The position numbers and the translations under genes were made by a program. Below are positions 34,092 to 44,891 of a stretch of 64,000 bases of DNA, in pieces. How positions within the stretch are numbered: the first letter of the stretch is position 1; the number at the start of each line of letters is the position of its first letter. The notes under the pieces were generated by a model that saw only the letters and a program-made list of their open reading frames with translations, was not told where the DNA came from and made no database searches. Source of the DNA: Spirochaetia bacterium (GTDB lineage Bacteria > Spirochaetota > Spirochaetia > SZUA-6 > Bin103); assembly GCA_965203055.1 (NCBI GenBank), contig OZ241863.1, positions 768,001 to 832,000 of the forward strand, read 5' to 3'.

Positions 34092-34765
34092 TACGATCAC
34101 CTCCTCGTAGTCGTGAATCGACGGCAACTCCACGGCCCACTTCCGGCCCAGGCGCGCAGCCACAGGTTGAAACTCTTCGTCAGCTCCGGCTCGCCCTCTG
34201 CCGCCAGCCACTGCCCCAACTCCCGCACCCGCGTCGCCATCTCCCGGCGTGCCGGCTGCGCTCCACGCCCGCACCCAGGTTATCAGGTTCGGGCGCGGCA
34301 GACCATCCGCTGCCATCGCCACCAGATCAACCAGGTTGTAGCTCAGCGCAAGCTGCGCCGGCCGTCGTACTCCGGACTCGTTGGCACCAACTCGCCAACT
34401 ACCGGCGCGCGCCCCACTTGGTGGCGGCGTTGTACCGCACGACGTGCAGGCATCGGGTCGGCGGTGTCGCCCTTGCGGCACGGGCGCCGGTGGTCGCGGT
34501 AGCGCCACTGGTAGAGCAGTTCAGGAACCGGAGCGGCATAGAGTGATCTACCGACGACGACCGATGCTCGATCAGCACCTGCGTGGTCTGCAAGCTGCGG
34601 TCGGCCCCGCGGCGTTCGATGGACAGACGACGTCGCTGAGGCGCCGGCGCCGGTTAGTCGGTGACGTGCTCGGCGGGGCCTTCGCACAGGGAGTCGAAGT
34701 CTGCCGTAGCGTGGGTACAGCATCGTCCATTCTCCTGACTGCTAAAAACGGCGTGGCGTCAGCGG
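34092..34765 (-). pseudogene. Decayed Rpn family C, continuous with the GT4 start
   Basis: QVLIEH.SSVDHSMPLRFLN, LALSY..VDLVA, LPRPNLITW, KWAVELPSIHDYEE in shifting frames. Confidence 0.85.
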
Positions 34766-35047
34766 GGCCATACCGGCGGCCGGCCGCGCTTGAGCGTGTG
34801 GCACTTGGTAGTATACATTCTCCTGAACCAAGAGCAGCCACTGGGTTTGATTGGGAAATCGAGTATGCCCATGAGGACGACAGCGCATCGTAGGCGTGGC
34901 TGGCGAGGCAACCTCATCATCGATGCCACGGGGAGAACCTTGACGGAACGAAACGGCCACCGCCGGCTGTACCGTGTGCGCCGTCGTCGATGCACTCCGT
35001 CAAAATAGTACTCGTGTCCTTCTTCTCACGTAGCGAGAGATAGTCAA

Positions 35048-36154
35048 GTGAAGATCATCGTTGTGATAAACGTCCTGAGTCGCGGTGGCGCGGAACGGGT
35101 AGTATGCCGGTTGACGAAGGAATGGGCCAAACGCCACGATGTTCATATTGCCGTTTTCGATGCCACTCAACCAGTCTACGAGTTCGGTGGCCGGATCACA
35201 GACTTGGGAGTTCCCGCGCCTACGTTACTACGTAAGATTTCCAGACTATTTCGCGGATCATTCCGCCTTGCAAGTATCTTTCGCCAATATCGCCCAGATC
35301 GTATTGTATCTTTTATGGAAAGCGCCAGTATTCCGGCTATCTTCGGTGCGGCAATGAGCGGTTTTCTAAATGTACTTTGGGTCAGTGTCAGGCTTAATCC
35401 AGCCTGTATACCTATTCCTTATCTGGTTTTGATTCCTGTGCTGTACCGGCTTGCGGACCGGGTTGTAGCGCCGTCCGAAGGCGTGCGCGACAGTCTCGCC
35501 AAGATGGGGCTTCCGCGAGCAAAGTTGTCGGTTATTCGCAATCCTGTCGTCTTCCCGAGCTTGCGCACTAGGTCTCCATCGCCGTTCCCTTTTCCGTACA
35601 TCCTGGGAGCAGGTAGACTGCACCGACAGAAGGGATTCGATCGCTTGCTGAAGTCGTTCCGTAGTATAGGCTCCCCGGACGTGCACCTCGTCATCCTCGG
35701 TGATGGACCGGAACGAGATCGTCTAATCGGTATGACAAACCGCCTCGGCATTGGGTCACGGGTACACTTTCCGGGCGCGTCTTCGGATATCGAGCGGTGG
35801 TTCGACCATGCCCGTTGCTTTGTCCTATCCTCACGCTACGAAGGATGGCCGAACGTGCTCATGGAAGCAATGGCGTACGGATGTCCCGTAGTCAGCTTCG
35901 ATTGCCGATACGGACCGTCTGAAATCGTTGAGAACGGGATAAGTGGAATCCTGATCGCACAGCGTGACGTCGCAGGCCTGCGTGACGCTATCTCACGTAT
36001 CTTGAACGACGTGGAACACCGCCATCGACTGACGGAGGCCGGAAGGGCAAGAGGCAAGCTGTACTCAATCGATAGAATCGCGCCACTGTGGCTTACTGAC
36101 GACGGCGCTTTCGCCACTGGTTCTAACGCCGCTGATAAATTTCCGGCGCAGTAG
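35048..36154 (+). CDS. GT4 glycosyltransferase
   Basis: GGAERV, GRLHRQKGFD, SRYEGWPNVLMEAM. Confidence 0.92.
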   Translation: MKIIVVINVLSRGGAERVVCRLTKEWAKRHDVHIAVFDATQPVYEFGGRITDLGVPAPTLLRKISRLFRGSFRLASIFRQYRPDRIVSFMESASIPAIFGAAMSGFLNVLWVSVRLNPACIPIPYLVLIPVLYRLADRVVAPSEGVRDSLAKMGLPRAKLSVIRNPVVFPSLRTRSPSPFPFPYILGAGRLHRQKGFDRLLKSFRSIGSPDVHLVILGDGPERDRLIGMTNRLGIGSRVHFPGASSDIERWFDHARCFVLSSRYEGWPNVLMEAMAYGCPVVSFDCRYGPSEIVENGISGILIAQRDVAGLRDAISRILNDVEHRHRLTEAGRARGKLYSIDRIAPLWLTDDGAFATGSNAADKFPAQ

Positions 36155-36206
36155 GATTGAGCGGCGCACCAGTGAGACGATAGGATCGTACTGCGCGATA
36201 GCTTCA

Positions 36207-37115
36207 ATGGAATTTACGGTATTCACCGCGACTTACAATCGGGCTCACCTGTTGCACCGCGTCTACGACAGTCTGAGGGCACAGACGTTTCGCAATTTCG
36301 AGTGGCTGGTAATCGATGACGGTTCAACCGATGGGACCGGGGCTTTGATAAATGCATGGCGTGATGAGGCTAATTTTCCGATACGCTATTTCCGTCAGGA
36401 CAATCAGGGCAAGCACGTGGCGTACAATCACGCCGTGCCATATGCCAGAGGCAGATTCTTCTTGACGTTCGACTCGGACGATGCCTGCGTGCCGCACGCG
36501 TTGGAAAGGCTCAAGCACTATTGGGACGCGATACCGGACCGGGAGAAGCCGAACTTTTCCGCCGTTACCGTTCTGTGCATGGATGAAGCGGGGCGTATCG
36601 TCGGCGACCGCTTTCCCTGTCAAGTTACCGATTCCGATTCGCTCGAATTGCAATATCGATTCAAGGTCCGGGGAGAGAAATGGGGATTCCAACGTACGGA
36701 AGTCATGCGGAACTACCCGTTCCCGGTCCCTGATCAGAAGCTGTCCCACGTTCCCGAATCGATTGTGTGGGACCGCATTGCCCGGAAGTACAAGACCCGC
36801 TTCGTGAACGATCCCTTGCGTATCTATCATACCGAATCAGACCACATAACTGCCGCGGCTAACATCAGAAGAAATGCGTACTCGTTCATGCTCGGCAATC
36901 AAATTAGGTTGAACGAGCATATCGATTATCTCCGACACGCGCCGATTGCTTTTCTGAAATCGGCTGCCAACTATGTTCGCTGTTCGCTGCACGTGCGCAA
37001 GAACCCCATCGATATTTTGACTTCGCTGGGGAATCAACGGGCGAGGTTGCTGTGTCTGGCCGCTTTTCCGCTTGGCTGCGGCGTATACTTGCGCGACGTG
37101 AGGCGTGGCCGATGA
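36207..37115 (+). CDS. GT2 glycosyltransferase
   Basis: TATYNRA, IDDGSTD, FDSDD. Confidence 0.92.
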   Translation: MEFTVFTATYNRAHLLHRVYDSLRAQTFRNFEWLVIDDGSTDGTGALINAWRDEANFPIRYFRQDNQGKHVAYNHAVPYARGRFFLTFDSDDACVPHALERLKHYWDAIPDREKPNFSAVTVLCMDEAGRIVGDRFPCQVTDSDSLELQYRFKVRGEKWGFQRTEVMRNYPFPVPDQKLSHVPESIVWDRIARKYKTRFVNDPLRIYHTESDHITAAANIRRNAYSFMLGNQIRLNEHIDYLRHAPIAFLKSAANYVRCSLHVRKNPIDILTSLGNQRARLLCLAAFPLGCGVYLRDVRRGR

Positions 37116-37183
37116 GATGGCGGACACTTCCATGCGGATAAGCGGCGTGGCTTGGTAAGCATTGGCAATTGCGGCATATTAGG

Positions 37184-38002
37184 TTATTTGAAGGTGGCAT
37201 TGCGTACAAAACCGAATAGATGATTGCCGGTACCCTCACTGGGCGTTACCGTCGATGCGATGAACCCCCTTTCGCGAAAGAAATCGACGACCTCCTTCCA
37301 CTTTGCATACTCATACGGATAGCCGCCGATCCAGTCCAGTATGTCGGTCACTACATGCATCCCTCTTTCACGTTTGTAGGCGGCAAACAAGTTGGTCCTT
37401 CTTCGAATGGAAGAAATCGCCATTCTACCAAGTTGATACGGCACGAATACAATGGATGTAGCAATTCTCGTAGCAACGTTGAAATTGTAAAACTTCTTGA
37501 CTCGGAGCCACATCTGAGATCTCGAGCCACAGTCATTGTAGATCGCGAGACACAGGGTTCCTCCATTTTCTGTCAGCCCCGCCACGTTGTCCATTGCGGT
37601 CCACATGTCGCCGGTATGGTGCAAGACACCCCATGCATATACGATGTCGTAAGTGTTCAACGATCTCAAAAATTCCTCGTCCAGTACGGATCCTTGTAGA
37701 ACGGTCCAGTCCGGATCACCAGGGAAATAGTGGTCTCTGAGTTCCTTGGCGCACGAAACCGCGTCCGGGTCGTAGTCGAAGGAAACCACTTTGCAACCGG
37801 CAGAGCGCGCGCATAGCGAAAAGAGGCCACTGCCGCATCCGACGTCAAGAAAGCGCTTGCCAGCGATCGTCTCGTCAGTAATGCTGTCATCGGCGTTGGA
37901 GACCATGGTCAGCAGCGATCGCTTGGCAATATCAATGTCCGCATCGGACATGGTGGACAGGTACTTCTTCCAGTTTCTTCCGAATCCAAACCGTGACTTC
38001 AT
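37184..38002 (-). CDS. Class I SAM-dependent methyltransferase
   Basis: FLDVGCGSGLF, WGVLHHTG, DWIGGYPYE. Confidence 0.9.
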   Translation of the reverse strand: MKSRFGFGRNWKKYLSTMSDADIDIAKRSLLTMVSNADDSITDETIAGKRFLDVGCGSGLFSLCARSAGCKVVSFDYDPDAVSCAKELRDHYFPGDPDWTVLQGSVLDEEFLRSLNTYDIVYAWGVLHHTGDMWTAMDNVAGLTENGGTLCLAIYNDCGSRSQMWLRVKKFYNFNVATRIATSIVFVPYQLGRMAISSIRRRTNLFAAYKRERGMHVVTDILDWIGGYPYEYAKWKEVVDFFRERGFIASTVTPSEGTGNHLFGFVRNATFK

Positions 38003-38204
38003 TATTTCTATCTGCTGGCTGGTTAGCCCGGCGGCACCGTATAGGGTGTCGCCTGGTTAATCTACCCCTACCGTTCAGCGACAATCAAGATGAGAACGCG
38101 CGCTCGGCGAGTCGGGGCGGCTGCCTCCAGATAGGAGGAGGATTGAGGGCCGCCCGCCAGCGACGTGCCCACGGAGGCGCGCCGCTCGTAGTCAGTGGCG
38201 GGGC

Positions 38205-38735
38205 GGCGCCTGAGTCCGATCTGTTGTAATCTCTACCGGAGCCGCGCCGGCAGTGTACCTGGCTGTACGTGCATCAATCGACGTCCGCAGCCGTGACCGG
38301 TGGATGCGCCTGCGGCTGTTGCAGTACCGCTGCCGGATCTGGGAACGCGACCGGCGCCGCTATCGTGCGGCGACGGTGTTGCGCCCGATCGTACCGATGG
38401 TGTTCTATCTGGGAGGTGGTCGCGGTGCCACCCTACCGAGTTTCATGCTATGCTGCGTGCCATCGCGCAACCAGGTGCAACCCGCATCTGCCAGCCGCAT
38501 GACCGTCTGTTTCGCTGGTGGCGGTGTAGCGCCACAATTCAGATAGACGCCGGTTGGGACGTGTGATGGCGCTCGCGAACGGCTGGTGCCCAAGGAGCAG
38601 CAGCGAACGTACCGTGATCGAGCGATCGTCCTTTGGTCAACTGCACTCGCCGGCCAGCGGGCTCATAGTAGATGGTACGGCGACCAGGAGGCGACAATAT
38701 GAAAACGTATGTAGAGGAATTGATCCATGCCGGGT
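38205..38735 (+). pseudogene. Highly degraded Rpn-A and Rpn-B fragments
   Basis: [24 protein letters not shown] (A), B upstream motif + QPHDRLF (38430-38520), AGGAGG + MKTYVEELI (38699). Confidence 0.75.
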
Positions 38736-38831
38736 TCCTACCGTCACGTAGTTGAGGAACGGATAATCAGAAGTGGCAACTGACGACAACTCTTTGGAAC
38801 TTGACCGTAGCCATAGTATGCTGGTTGCAAG

Positions 38832-40772
38832 ATGTGCGGCGTAGTTGGGTTCGTTCAGCCCGGCGGCTTTGTACGCCAAGAAGCGATCCTGACGTCCTCC
38901 AAGATGGCCGACGCGGTTGCGCATCGCGGACCGGACGACTCAGACGTGTGGCTGGATGAGACGACCGGAGTTGCGTTGGCTCATCGTCGTCTTGCCGTTA
39001 TCGATCTGTCCGCTGCCGGGCATCAGCCAATGGTCTCACAATCTGGGCGCTACGTTATCTCGTTCAATGGTGAAATCTACAATCACCTGGATATCCGACG
39101 TCGATTGGAGACTCGATATCCCGATGAGATCGTATGGAAAGGCACGTCTGATACGGAGTCGATTTTGGCTGCAATAGAGTGTCTTGGACTACAGGACGCG
39201 CTGCAACAGTCGGTCGGAATGTTTGCGTTTGGACTGTGGGATAGACAAGAGAGGAAACTCTATCTGGCGAGGGATCGCCTCGGCGAAAAGCCACTCTACT
39301 TCGGATGGCAGAATCAAGTTTTCCTGTTTTCGTCCGAGCTCAAAGGCATGGCGTGTCATCCCGCGTTTTCAGGTGTAGTTGATCGAGGCGCGGTAGCATT
39401 ATTCACACGGTACGGCTACATTCCGGCTCCCTGGTCGATCTATGAAGGGATACAAAAACTCGCTCCGGGGGCATTTCTTGAGCTCTCGGTCGGCCGCGGT
39501 GCTCAATGTTACGGTGAGCTCCCGGAGTCAAAACGTTACTGGTCGTTACAGGATGTCATCGAGAGGGGCACAGAGCGGCCATTCGAGGGCGATACTAGCG
39601 AGGCAGTGGAGGTCTTGCACGAAATACTGCGTCAGGCCGTCGTATCTCAGGCTATTGCAGACGTGCCGCTGGGCGCGTTCCTTTCAGGAGGCGTCGACTC
39701 GTCCACGATAGTCGCGCTGATGCAGGCTCACTCTTCACGGCCGGTAAGGACCTTTACCATCGGATTCGGAGAGCATCACTACGACGAGGCGGTTCACGCA
39801 AGGAAAGTAGCAGAGCTTCTTGGTACCGACCATACCGAAATGTACGTGTCGCCGCAGGATGCGTTGAATGCCATTCCCAGATTGCCGGTATTGTACGATG
39901 AGCCATTCTCTGATTCTTCACAGATCCCGACGGCGCTGGTGGCCGAAATGGCGCGGAAGCATGTCACGGTGGCCCTGTCGGGCGACGGCGGGGACGAGGT
40001 GTTCGGCGGCTACGCGCGCTACTCTTCGGCGCGTGCGCTTTGGAGGGTTTTGTCTCCGCTCCCGAATGTAGTTCGCCAGACGTTCCAGCGTATCAGTGCT
40101 GCTATTCCTGCGCGCTGGCCGAGCTCCGGTATAGTGGGGAAAGCACGTATGCTATCCGATATTCTTGATTATCAATTTCCGACCGTTGAACAGCTATATT
40201 TCCTGCTGGTATCGCATTGGAGATCGCCGACGACAGTGGTAAATCAAGTGGATGAACCCCGAACCGTCCTTTCCGACCGTTCGATGTGGCCCGATGCCTC
40301 CGAAATGGAAGGCCGAATGATGGCGACTGACACTCTGACGTACTTGCCGGATGACATTCTGGTCAAGGTAGACCGGGCGGCGATGGCCGTTAGTCTGGAA
40401 ACACGCGCCCCACTTCTCGACCATCGAGTGGTAGAATTTGCTTGGCGGTTGCCGCTATCGCTCAAGATCAGAGGCGGTCAAGGTAAATGGATACTGCGGA
40501 AGGTCCTCCACGGCTATGTACCGCAGAAACTTGTCAAGCGTACCAAGAGAGGCTTCATCGTACCAATTGAATCGTGGCTCCGTGGGCCGCTTAGAGATTG
40601 GGGGGAGGCGCTTCTCGATGAACGCCGATTGCGTATTGACGGGTTCTTTCGGGTTGCTGCGATCAGGGAGCGATGGGCCGAGCATATCCGCGGCGTTAGA
40701 CAATGGGATAGATGCCTCTGGGACATATTGATGTTTCAGGCGTGGCTGGATGAGAACCGGCGGACGGCATGA
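38832..40772 (+). CDS. asnB: Asparagine synthase-like glutamine amidotransferase, second paralog
   Basis: MCG, HRGPD, FLSGGVDSS, SGDGGDEVFGGY. Confidence 0.93.
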   Translation: MCGVVGFVQPGGFVRQEAILTSSKMADAVAHRGPDDSDVWLDETTGVALAHRRLAVIDLSAAGHQPMVSQSGRYVISFNGEIYNHLDIRRRLETRYPDEIVWKGTSDTESILAAIECLGLQDALQQSVGMFAFGLWDRQERKLYLARDRLGEKPLYFGWQNQVFLFSSELKGMACHPAFSGVVDRGAVALFTRYGYIPAPWSIYEGIQKLAPGAFLELSVGRGAQCYGELPESKRYWSLQDVIERGTERPFEGDTSEAVEVLHEILRQAVVSQAIADVPLGAFLSGGVDSSTIVALMQAHSSRPVRTFTIGFGEHHYDEAVHARKVAELLGTDHTEMYVSPQDALNAIPRLPVLYDEPFSDSSQIPTALVAEMARKHVTVALSGDGGDEVFGGYARYSSARALWRVLSPLPNVVRQTFQRISAAIPARWPSSGIVGKARMLSDILDYQFPTVEQLYFLLVSHWRSPTTVVNQVDEPRTVLSDRSMWPDASEMEGRMMATDTLTYLPDDILVKVDRAAMAVSLETRAPLLDHRVVEFAWRLPLSLKIRGGQGKWILRKVLHGYVPQKLVKRTKRGFIVPIESWLRGPLRDWGEALLDERRLRIDGFFRVAAIRERWAEHIRGVRQWDRCLWDILMFQAWLDENRRTA

Positions 40773-41956
40773 GCGATAGACAAGCGACGGCGGATCGCAA
40801 ACCGCGGATAGTAATGGTGATCGATCAGCTGGAGCCTGGTGGGGCACAGCGCCAGTTTTGTCTGTTGGCAACATCGTTGCATCGTAGAGGATTCAACGTG
40901 ACGGTGATGGTGTTCCGTCCGGACCTGTTTTTCGAGGATGCGTTGCAGGAGGCCGATATTCCGATCGTATATCTACGATCACAAAGCCGTATTGGTTTGT
41001 TGTTTCTGGTACCGAAGGAGATCCGTCGAGCAGACGCGGATGTCGTGATTAGTTTTCTTTCGTGGTCCAATTTGATGGTAGAACTAGCGCGTCTGCCAAC
41101 GCGAAACTTTGCGGTGATCGTGTCTGAAAGAGATCTGGATATTACGATGGGAGTCAAGCGTCGAATAGCCTACTACTGTCACAGATTAGCGGATGTTGTG
41201 GTAAGCAACTCATATGCTCAGGGGGAGATCGTAGCGCGGATCTTGAGACGTAGACGCGTAAGCACGACAGTGATCGTAAACGGGGTTGACATTGGACACT
41301 TCAAGCCTAATGAAGCCCCGCGAAACGGAGGCGGCAGTCTTCGCTTGTTGGTATTGGCGCGATTCGCACCACAGAAAAACGCGCTTCGATTCATCGAGGC
41401 GGTGAGCGTGGTATGCGCGCGCCATCCGGAGATCGGATTGGAGGTAGACTGGTATGGGAAGGCGCCGGCGGGCAGTCAGGAAGACGACGCGGTGTGGGCG
41501 AAGGCTCATCGCGACAAGCTGGCGGCATACTACCGGAGTGTGGTGGAGAAGATAGAGCGGCATCAGCTTCAAGGGCAATTTCGGATGCACGCTCCCAGAA
41601 AGGATGTCAGGAATCTGTACCTGCAATCGGACGTGGTGTGTATGCCATCGCTGCACGAAGGCTGTTCCAACGTGATCGCGGAGGCAATGGCATGCGGGAT
41701 TCCGATATTGGCGAGTTGCGTGGGCGACAACGTGAGGCTTGTCGAAGACGGGCGCAACGGATTGCTCTTCGACCCATTGTCGATCGACGAGATGGTCAGA
41801 GCGATTGTCGGCTTCGCGGAGCTACCTGCTTCTGCGCGAAGGAGGCTGGGCCAGGAAGGACGAAGAATGGCGGAGGAACTGCTGTCCGTGGACGTGTTCA
41901 CCGACCGATACGTCAGGCTGATCGGGGAAGTAAGCCGCGAGCGGTTCCGTGCATGA
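40769..41956 (+). CDS. GT4 glycosyltransferase
   Basis: GGAQRQ, PSLHEGCSNVIAEAMACG; ATGA overlap. Confidence 0.9.
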   Translation: MSDRQATADRKPRIVMVIDQLEPGGAQRQFCLLATSLHRRGFNVTVMVFRPDLFFEDALQEADIPIVYLRSQSRIGLLFLVPKEIRRADADVVISFLSWSNLMVELARLPTRNFAVIVSERDLDITMGVKRRIAYYCHRLADVVVSNSYAQGEIVARILRRRRVSTTVIVNGVDIGHFKPNEAPRNGGGSLRLLVLARFAPQKNALRFIEAVSVVCARHPEIGLEVDWYGKAPAGSQEDDAVWAKAHRDKLAAYYRSVVEKIERHQLQGQFRMHAPRKDVRNLYLQSDVVCMPSLHEGCSNVIAEAMACGIPILASCVGDNVRLVEDGRNGLLFDPLSIDEMVRAIVGFAELPASARRRLGQEGRRMAEELLSVDVFTDRYVRLIGEVSRERFRA

Positions 41957-42025
41957 GCGGAGCCGGGTGTGCGGAAGCGGACGGTGGCGCGCGGTATGCG
42001 CTGAGCTCCGCCGACTAACTGGACG

Positions 42026-43252
42026 TTGATGCGCGTCCAGGCGGTCGGCGGCGTCCTGCTTGCGCTTTTTCAACTTATCGGGCGCTCGCAGGCGGAGCGG
42101 TTCATCAGTGTTGGAGGAGCGGGATGGTACCTGGAGCTCAGGCTGTGGGTGTTGGTAGCGCTGTCGACTTGGTTGATCGGATTCGCGGCGGCAGGGATCA
42201 AGCGGTTCGACACGCGGGGCGCGGAAACGTTCGGCCGCATGTTCGTACTGTTCCTGGGATACATGGTGATAACCGGTCTTTGGGCGCCGGATCCGTTACG
42301 GGCGACGACAAAGGCATATGACCTGTTGTTCGTCGTCTGGTCATGCCTTCTGACGGTCGTTGCGCTGCGGACTAGCGGTGTGCAAGCGACGATCGACGGA
42401 TTCTGGGGAGGCATGTTTGTCGGCGCGTTGGCAATCGCCGCGTTAGGCGCGGCGGCGGCTATCGTTGGCGCAATATCCGACGGGCGGCTGTCAGTGTTGT
42501 CGGGAGGCCCCAACGTTTTCGGGCGGAACATGGGCTTGCTGGCGTTGGCATCGCTCCACCTGGTATTCGACGCACGTCACGCGCGGAGGAGGGTCGGCAT
42601 GACAGCGGCTCCTGTGGCCGCGTTGCTCGTTCTGCTGTCTGGTTCGCGCGGGGCGATGCTGGCTCTGTTTTTCGGCGTGATCGTCTACCTGATCGTCCAT
42701 CGTGTGGACCGGCGGGTCCTTGCGTCGCTTGCGGCCGTTGCCCTACTGGGAGCGGTCGCCGTGGCCACCCAATTCGGCGAACTCGCGATAGCGGTGTTTA
42801 CAAACCGGTTTCTTGTCGGGCTCTTCGTCGAGCGCTATTTTACGTTCCGCGATGTTCTGTTCTTGGAAGCGATTCGGGCGGGTCTGCAGAACCCGATCAG
42901 AGGGCTCGGGCTGGCAGGTTTCGCGGAGGTAGGGACCCGTGGGGACTATCCGCATAACATGTTCTTGGAGGCATTCTCGGAGGGAGGACTGCCGGGATTG
43001 ATACTGATTTGTCTACCATTCATGAAGTATGTGCGGCGCTGGCGGCGAGGGATGGGGCCGGGTGACCCGCTTACGGTAGCCGGATTGGGATTGCTCGTCG
43101 TGTCGAGCAGCATATCAGGAGACCTCTTCGACGCGCGGGGAGTGTTCCTGCTGTTGTTGATGGCGGTCGCCAGCCAGGGGGCCGAGGGCGCAGCACGAAA
43201 TAGTAGTGTCGCATCGCCGGAGCACCACGAAAATGAGCTCCCGCACCGCTAA
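42026..43252 (+). CDS. O-antigen ligase/Wzy-like polymerase
   Basis: Multi-TM; PNVFG, SGSRGA, GLG, YPHNMFLE. Confidence 0.82.
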   Translation: MMRVQAVGGVLLALFQLIGRSQAERFISVGGAGWYLELRLWVLVALSTWLIGFAAAGIKRFDTRGAETFGRMFVLFLGYMVITGLWAPDPLRATTKAYDLLFVVWSCLLTVVALRTSGVQATIDGFWGGMFVGALAIAALGAAAAIVGAISDGRLSVLSGGPNVFGRNMGLLALASLHLVFDARHARRRVGMTAAPVAALLVLLSGSRGAMLALFFGVIVYLIVHRVDRRVLASLAAVALLGAVAVATQFGELAIAVFTNRFLVGLFVERYFTFRDVLFLEAIRAGLQNPIRGLGLAGFAEVGTRGDYPHNMFLEAFSEGGLPGLILICLPFMKYVRRWRRGMGPGDPLTVAGLGLLVVSSSISGDLFDARGVFLLLLMAVASQGAEGAARNSSVASPEHHENELPHR

Positions 43253-44321
43253 GCGGCTCCGGGCTTTGCTCATCGGAGCCTTGCCACCGCAGGTGCCCAG
43301 CGCCGCAAATCCGATAGGTGGGGCGGCGGTGAACTTTGGGGATATGGTAGCGCAGTTGAAGCTCCGTTCGATGGACGTAAACGTGATTGACATATCTCGT
43401 CCCCGGGTGAATGTCGGCGTGCGTCAGCTCTGGCACAACTTCGCGACGGTCGCCAAGTTGATGTGGCAGGTGTCGACTCGTATCCGTCACCGCGACGTCG
43501 TGATCATGCATATCTCGGCAAAGAGCGCGTGGTGGCTGGGATCGGGATTATGGCTGATATGCGCGGCGTTCCGCCGGCCGGTCGTATTGAAGTTCATCGG
43601 CGGTGACTTCGCGAAGATATACGACGGGTATTCCGTGGCCAAGCGGCGTTGGGCGAACGCGACGTACATGCGATGCGCACTGATTCTCGTGCAGACCAAG
43701 GCCATCAAGAAGCGATTTCAGAATCGGCAAGCCGTCCGCTGGTTTCCGAATACCCGAGACACCCGGGGATCAGGAGCGGCCCCGAGAAGCGCCGCGCGGC
43801 GCCTTATCTTCGTTTCTCAGTTGCGGATGGAGAAGGGGCTTCGTGAGGCGGTGGAAGCCTGCCGGGACCTTCCGAGTGGTTGCTGTCTGAACGTATACGG
43901 GCCGACGATGGCGAACACCGATCTCAGCGTATTCGACGGGCAGGACAAAGCGGTGTATCGCGGGGTCCTGCGCCGCGGCGAGGTGGCCGACGCGCTGGAA
44001 CGCCACGACGTCCTGGTCTTGCCGACGTACTGGGAGGTGGAGGGGCATCCCGGCATCGTCCTGGAGGCGCTGCAGTGTGGGCGCCCGGTCATATCGACAT
44101 ACTGGGGCAGCGTGCCGGAGGTCGTGGAGGACGGCAAGAGCGGCCTGCTGGTAGAGCCGCGATCGACGGCCGCGGTTCGGGAGGCGATACGGCGCGTGAT
44201 CGGCGACCCGCAGCTCTACCACGCATTGTGTACCGGAGCGCGGCAACGCGGCGAGTTCTTCCGAAGCGCAACCTGGTACGACAAACTCGCCACCGACCTA
44301 ACCCAAATCACAACCCGCTAA
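43233..44321 (+). CDS. GT4 glycosyltransferase
   Basis: EKG, LPTYWEVEGHPGIVLEAL. Confidence 0.88.
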   Translation: MSSRTAKRLRALLIGALPPQVPSAANPIGGAAVNFGDMVAQLKLRSMDVNVIDISRPRVNVGVRQLWHNFATVAKLMWQVSTRIRHRDVVIMHISAKSAWWLGSGLWLICAAFRRPVVLKFIGGDFAKIYDGYSVAKRRWANATYMRCALILVQTKAIKKRFQNRQAVRWFPNTRDTRGSGAAPRSAARRLIFVSQLRMEKGLREAVEACRDLPSGCCLNVYGPTMANTDLSVFDGQDKAVYRGVLRRGEVADALERHDVLVLPTYWEVEGHPGIVLEALQCGRPVISTYWGSVPEVVEDGKSGLLVEPRSTAAVREAIRRVIGDPQLYHALCTGARQRGEFFRSATWYDKLATDLTQITTR

Positions 44322-44891
44322 CCCTAAGCTAACGCGCGTAGCATAGCGATACGGTTGTTCAGCAGGTAGTGAAGGAACGGCACGCCGATCCACACTACTG
44401 GTTCCCGCAGGGTGTAGAACGTAGGCGACGGCGGCCAAACGGTCATCGCCTCGCTGTAGACCACCTCAATCGCCTTGGAACAGACGTACCCACAGTGGTG
44501 GCCGATATGCCCATGGGTTATCCGCGCCTCGGCCACCATACCGCGGCGTGCGCGACCGGGCAAGGCTCAAGGCCGATCGCCGGTCAGTCAGGTCGATGGT
44601 GCGCCATTGCCCCTTCAGGTTGCGGCGGCCGTGCGGGCGCAGCGAGGCGAGACGGCGGCCGAGAGGATCGTGCGTGGTAGTCCCGCTTCATCCGACAGCA
44701 CGGCGCCATGGTCTGCCGGTGATCGGCAGTGACGCGGCGCGCGTTGGCGAAGGCCGCCGCCGAAACAGGGCGGTCAGCTCTGCTCGGCAGTCGGCGCGGT
44801 GGTGTGGCACCAGGCCGATGATCAGCCGCAGCACCTGTCGACCGAGCGCACTCGTTTCTTTTCGGCGCGCATTGGCGTCCTTTCCGCTCCG

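Noticed and set aside
32994..34508. 504-aa Rpn-GT fusion protein
   Set aside because: Upstream part is frameshifted Rpn relic; GT start with SD at 34091 is more plausible
44324..44890. Short ORFs after the last glycosyltransferase
   Set aside because: No recognisable motif; cannot support a call
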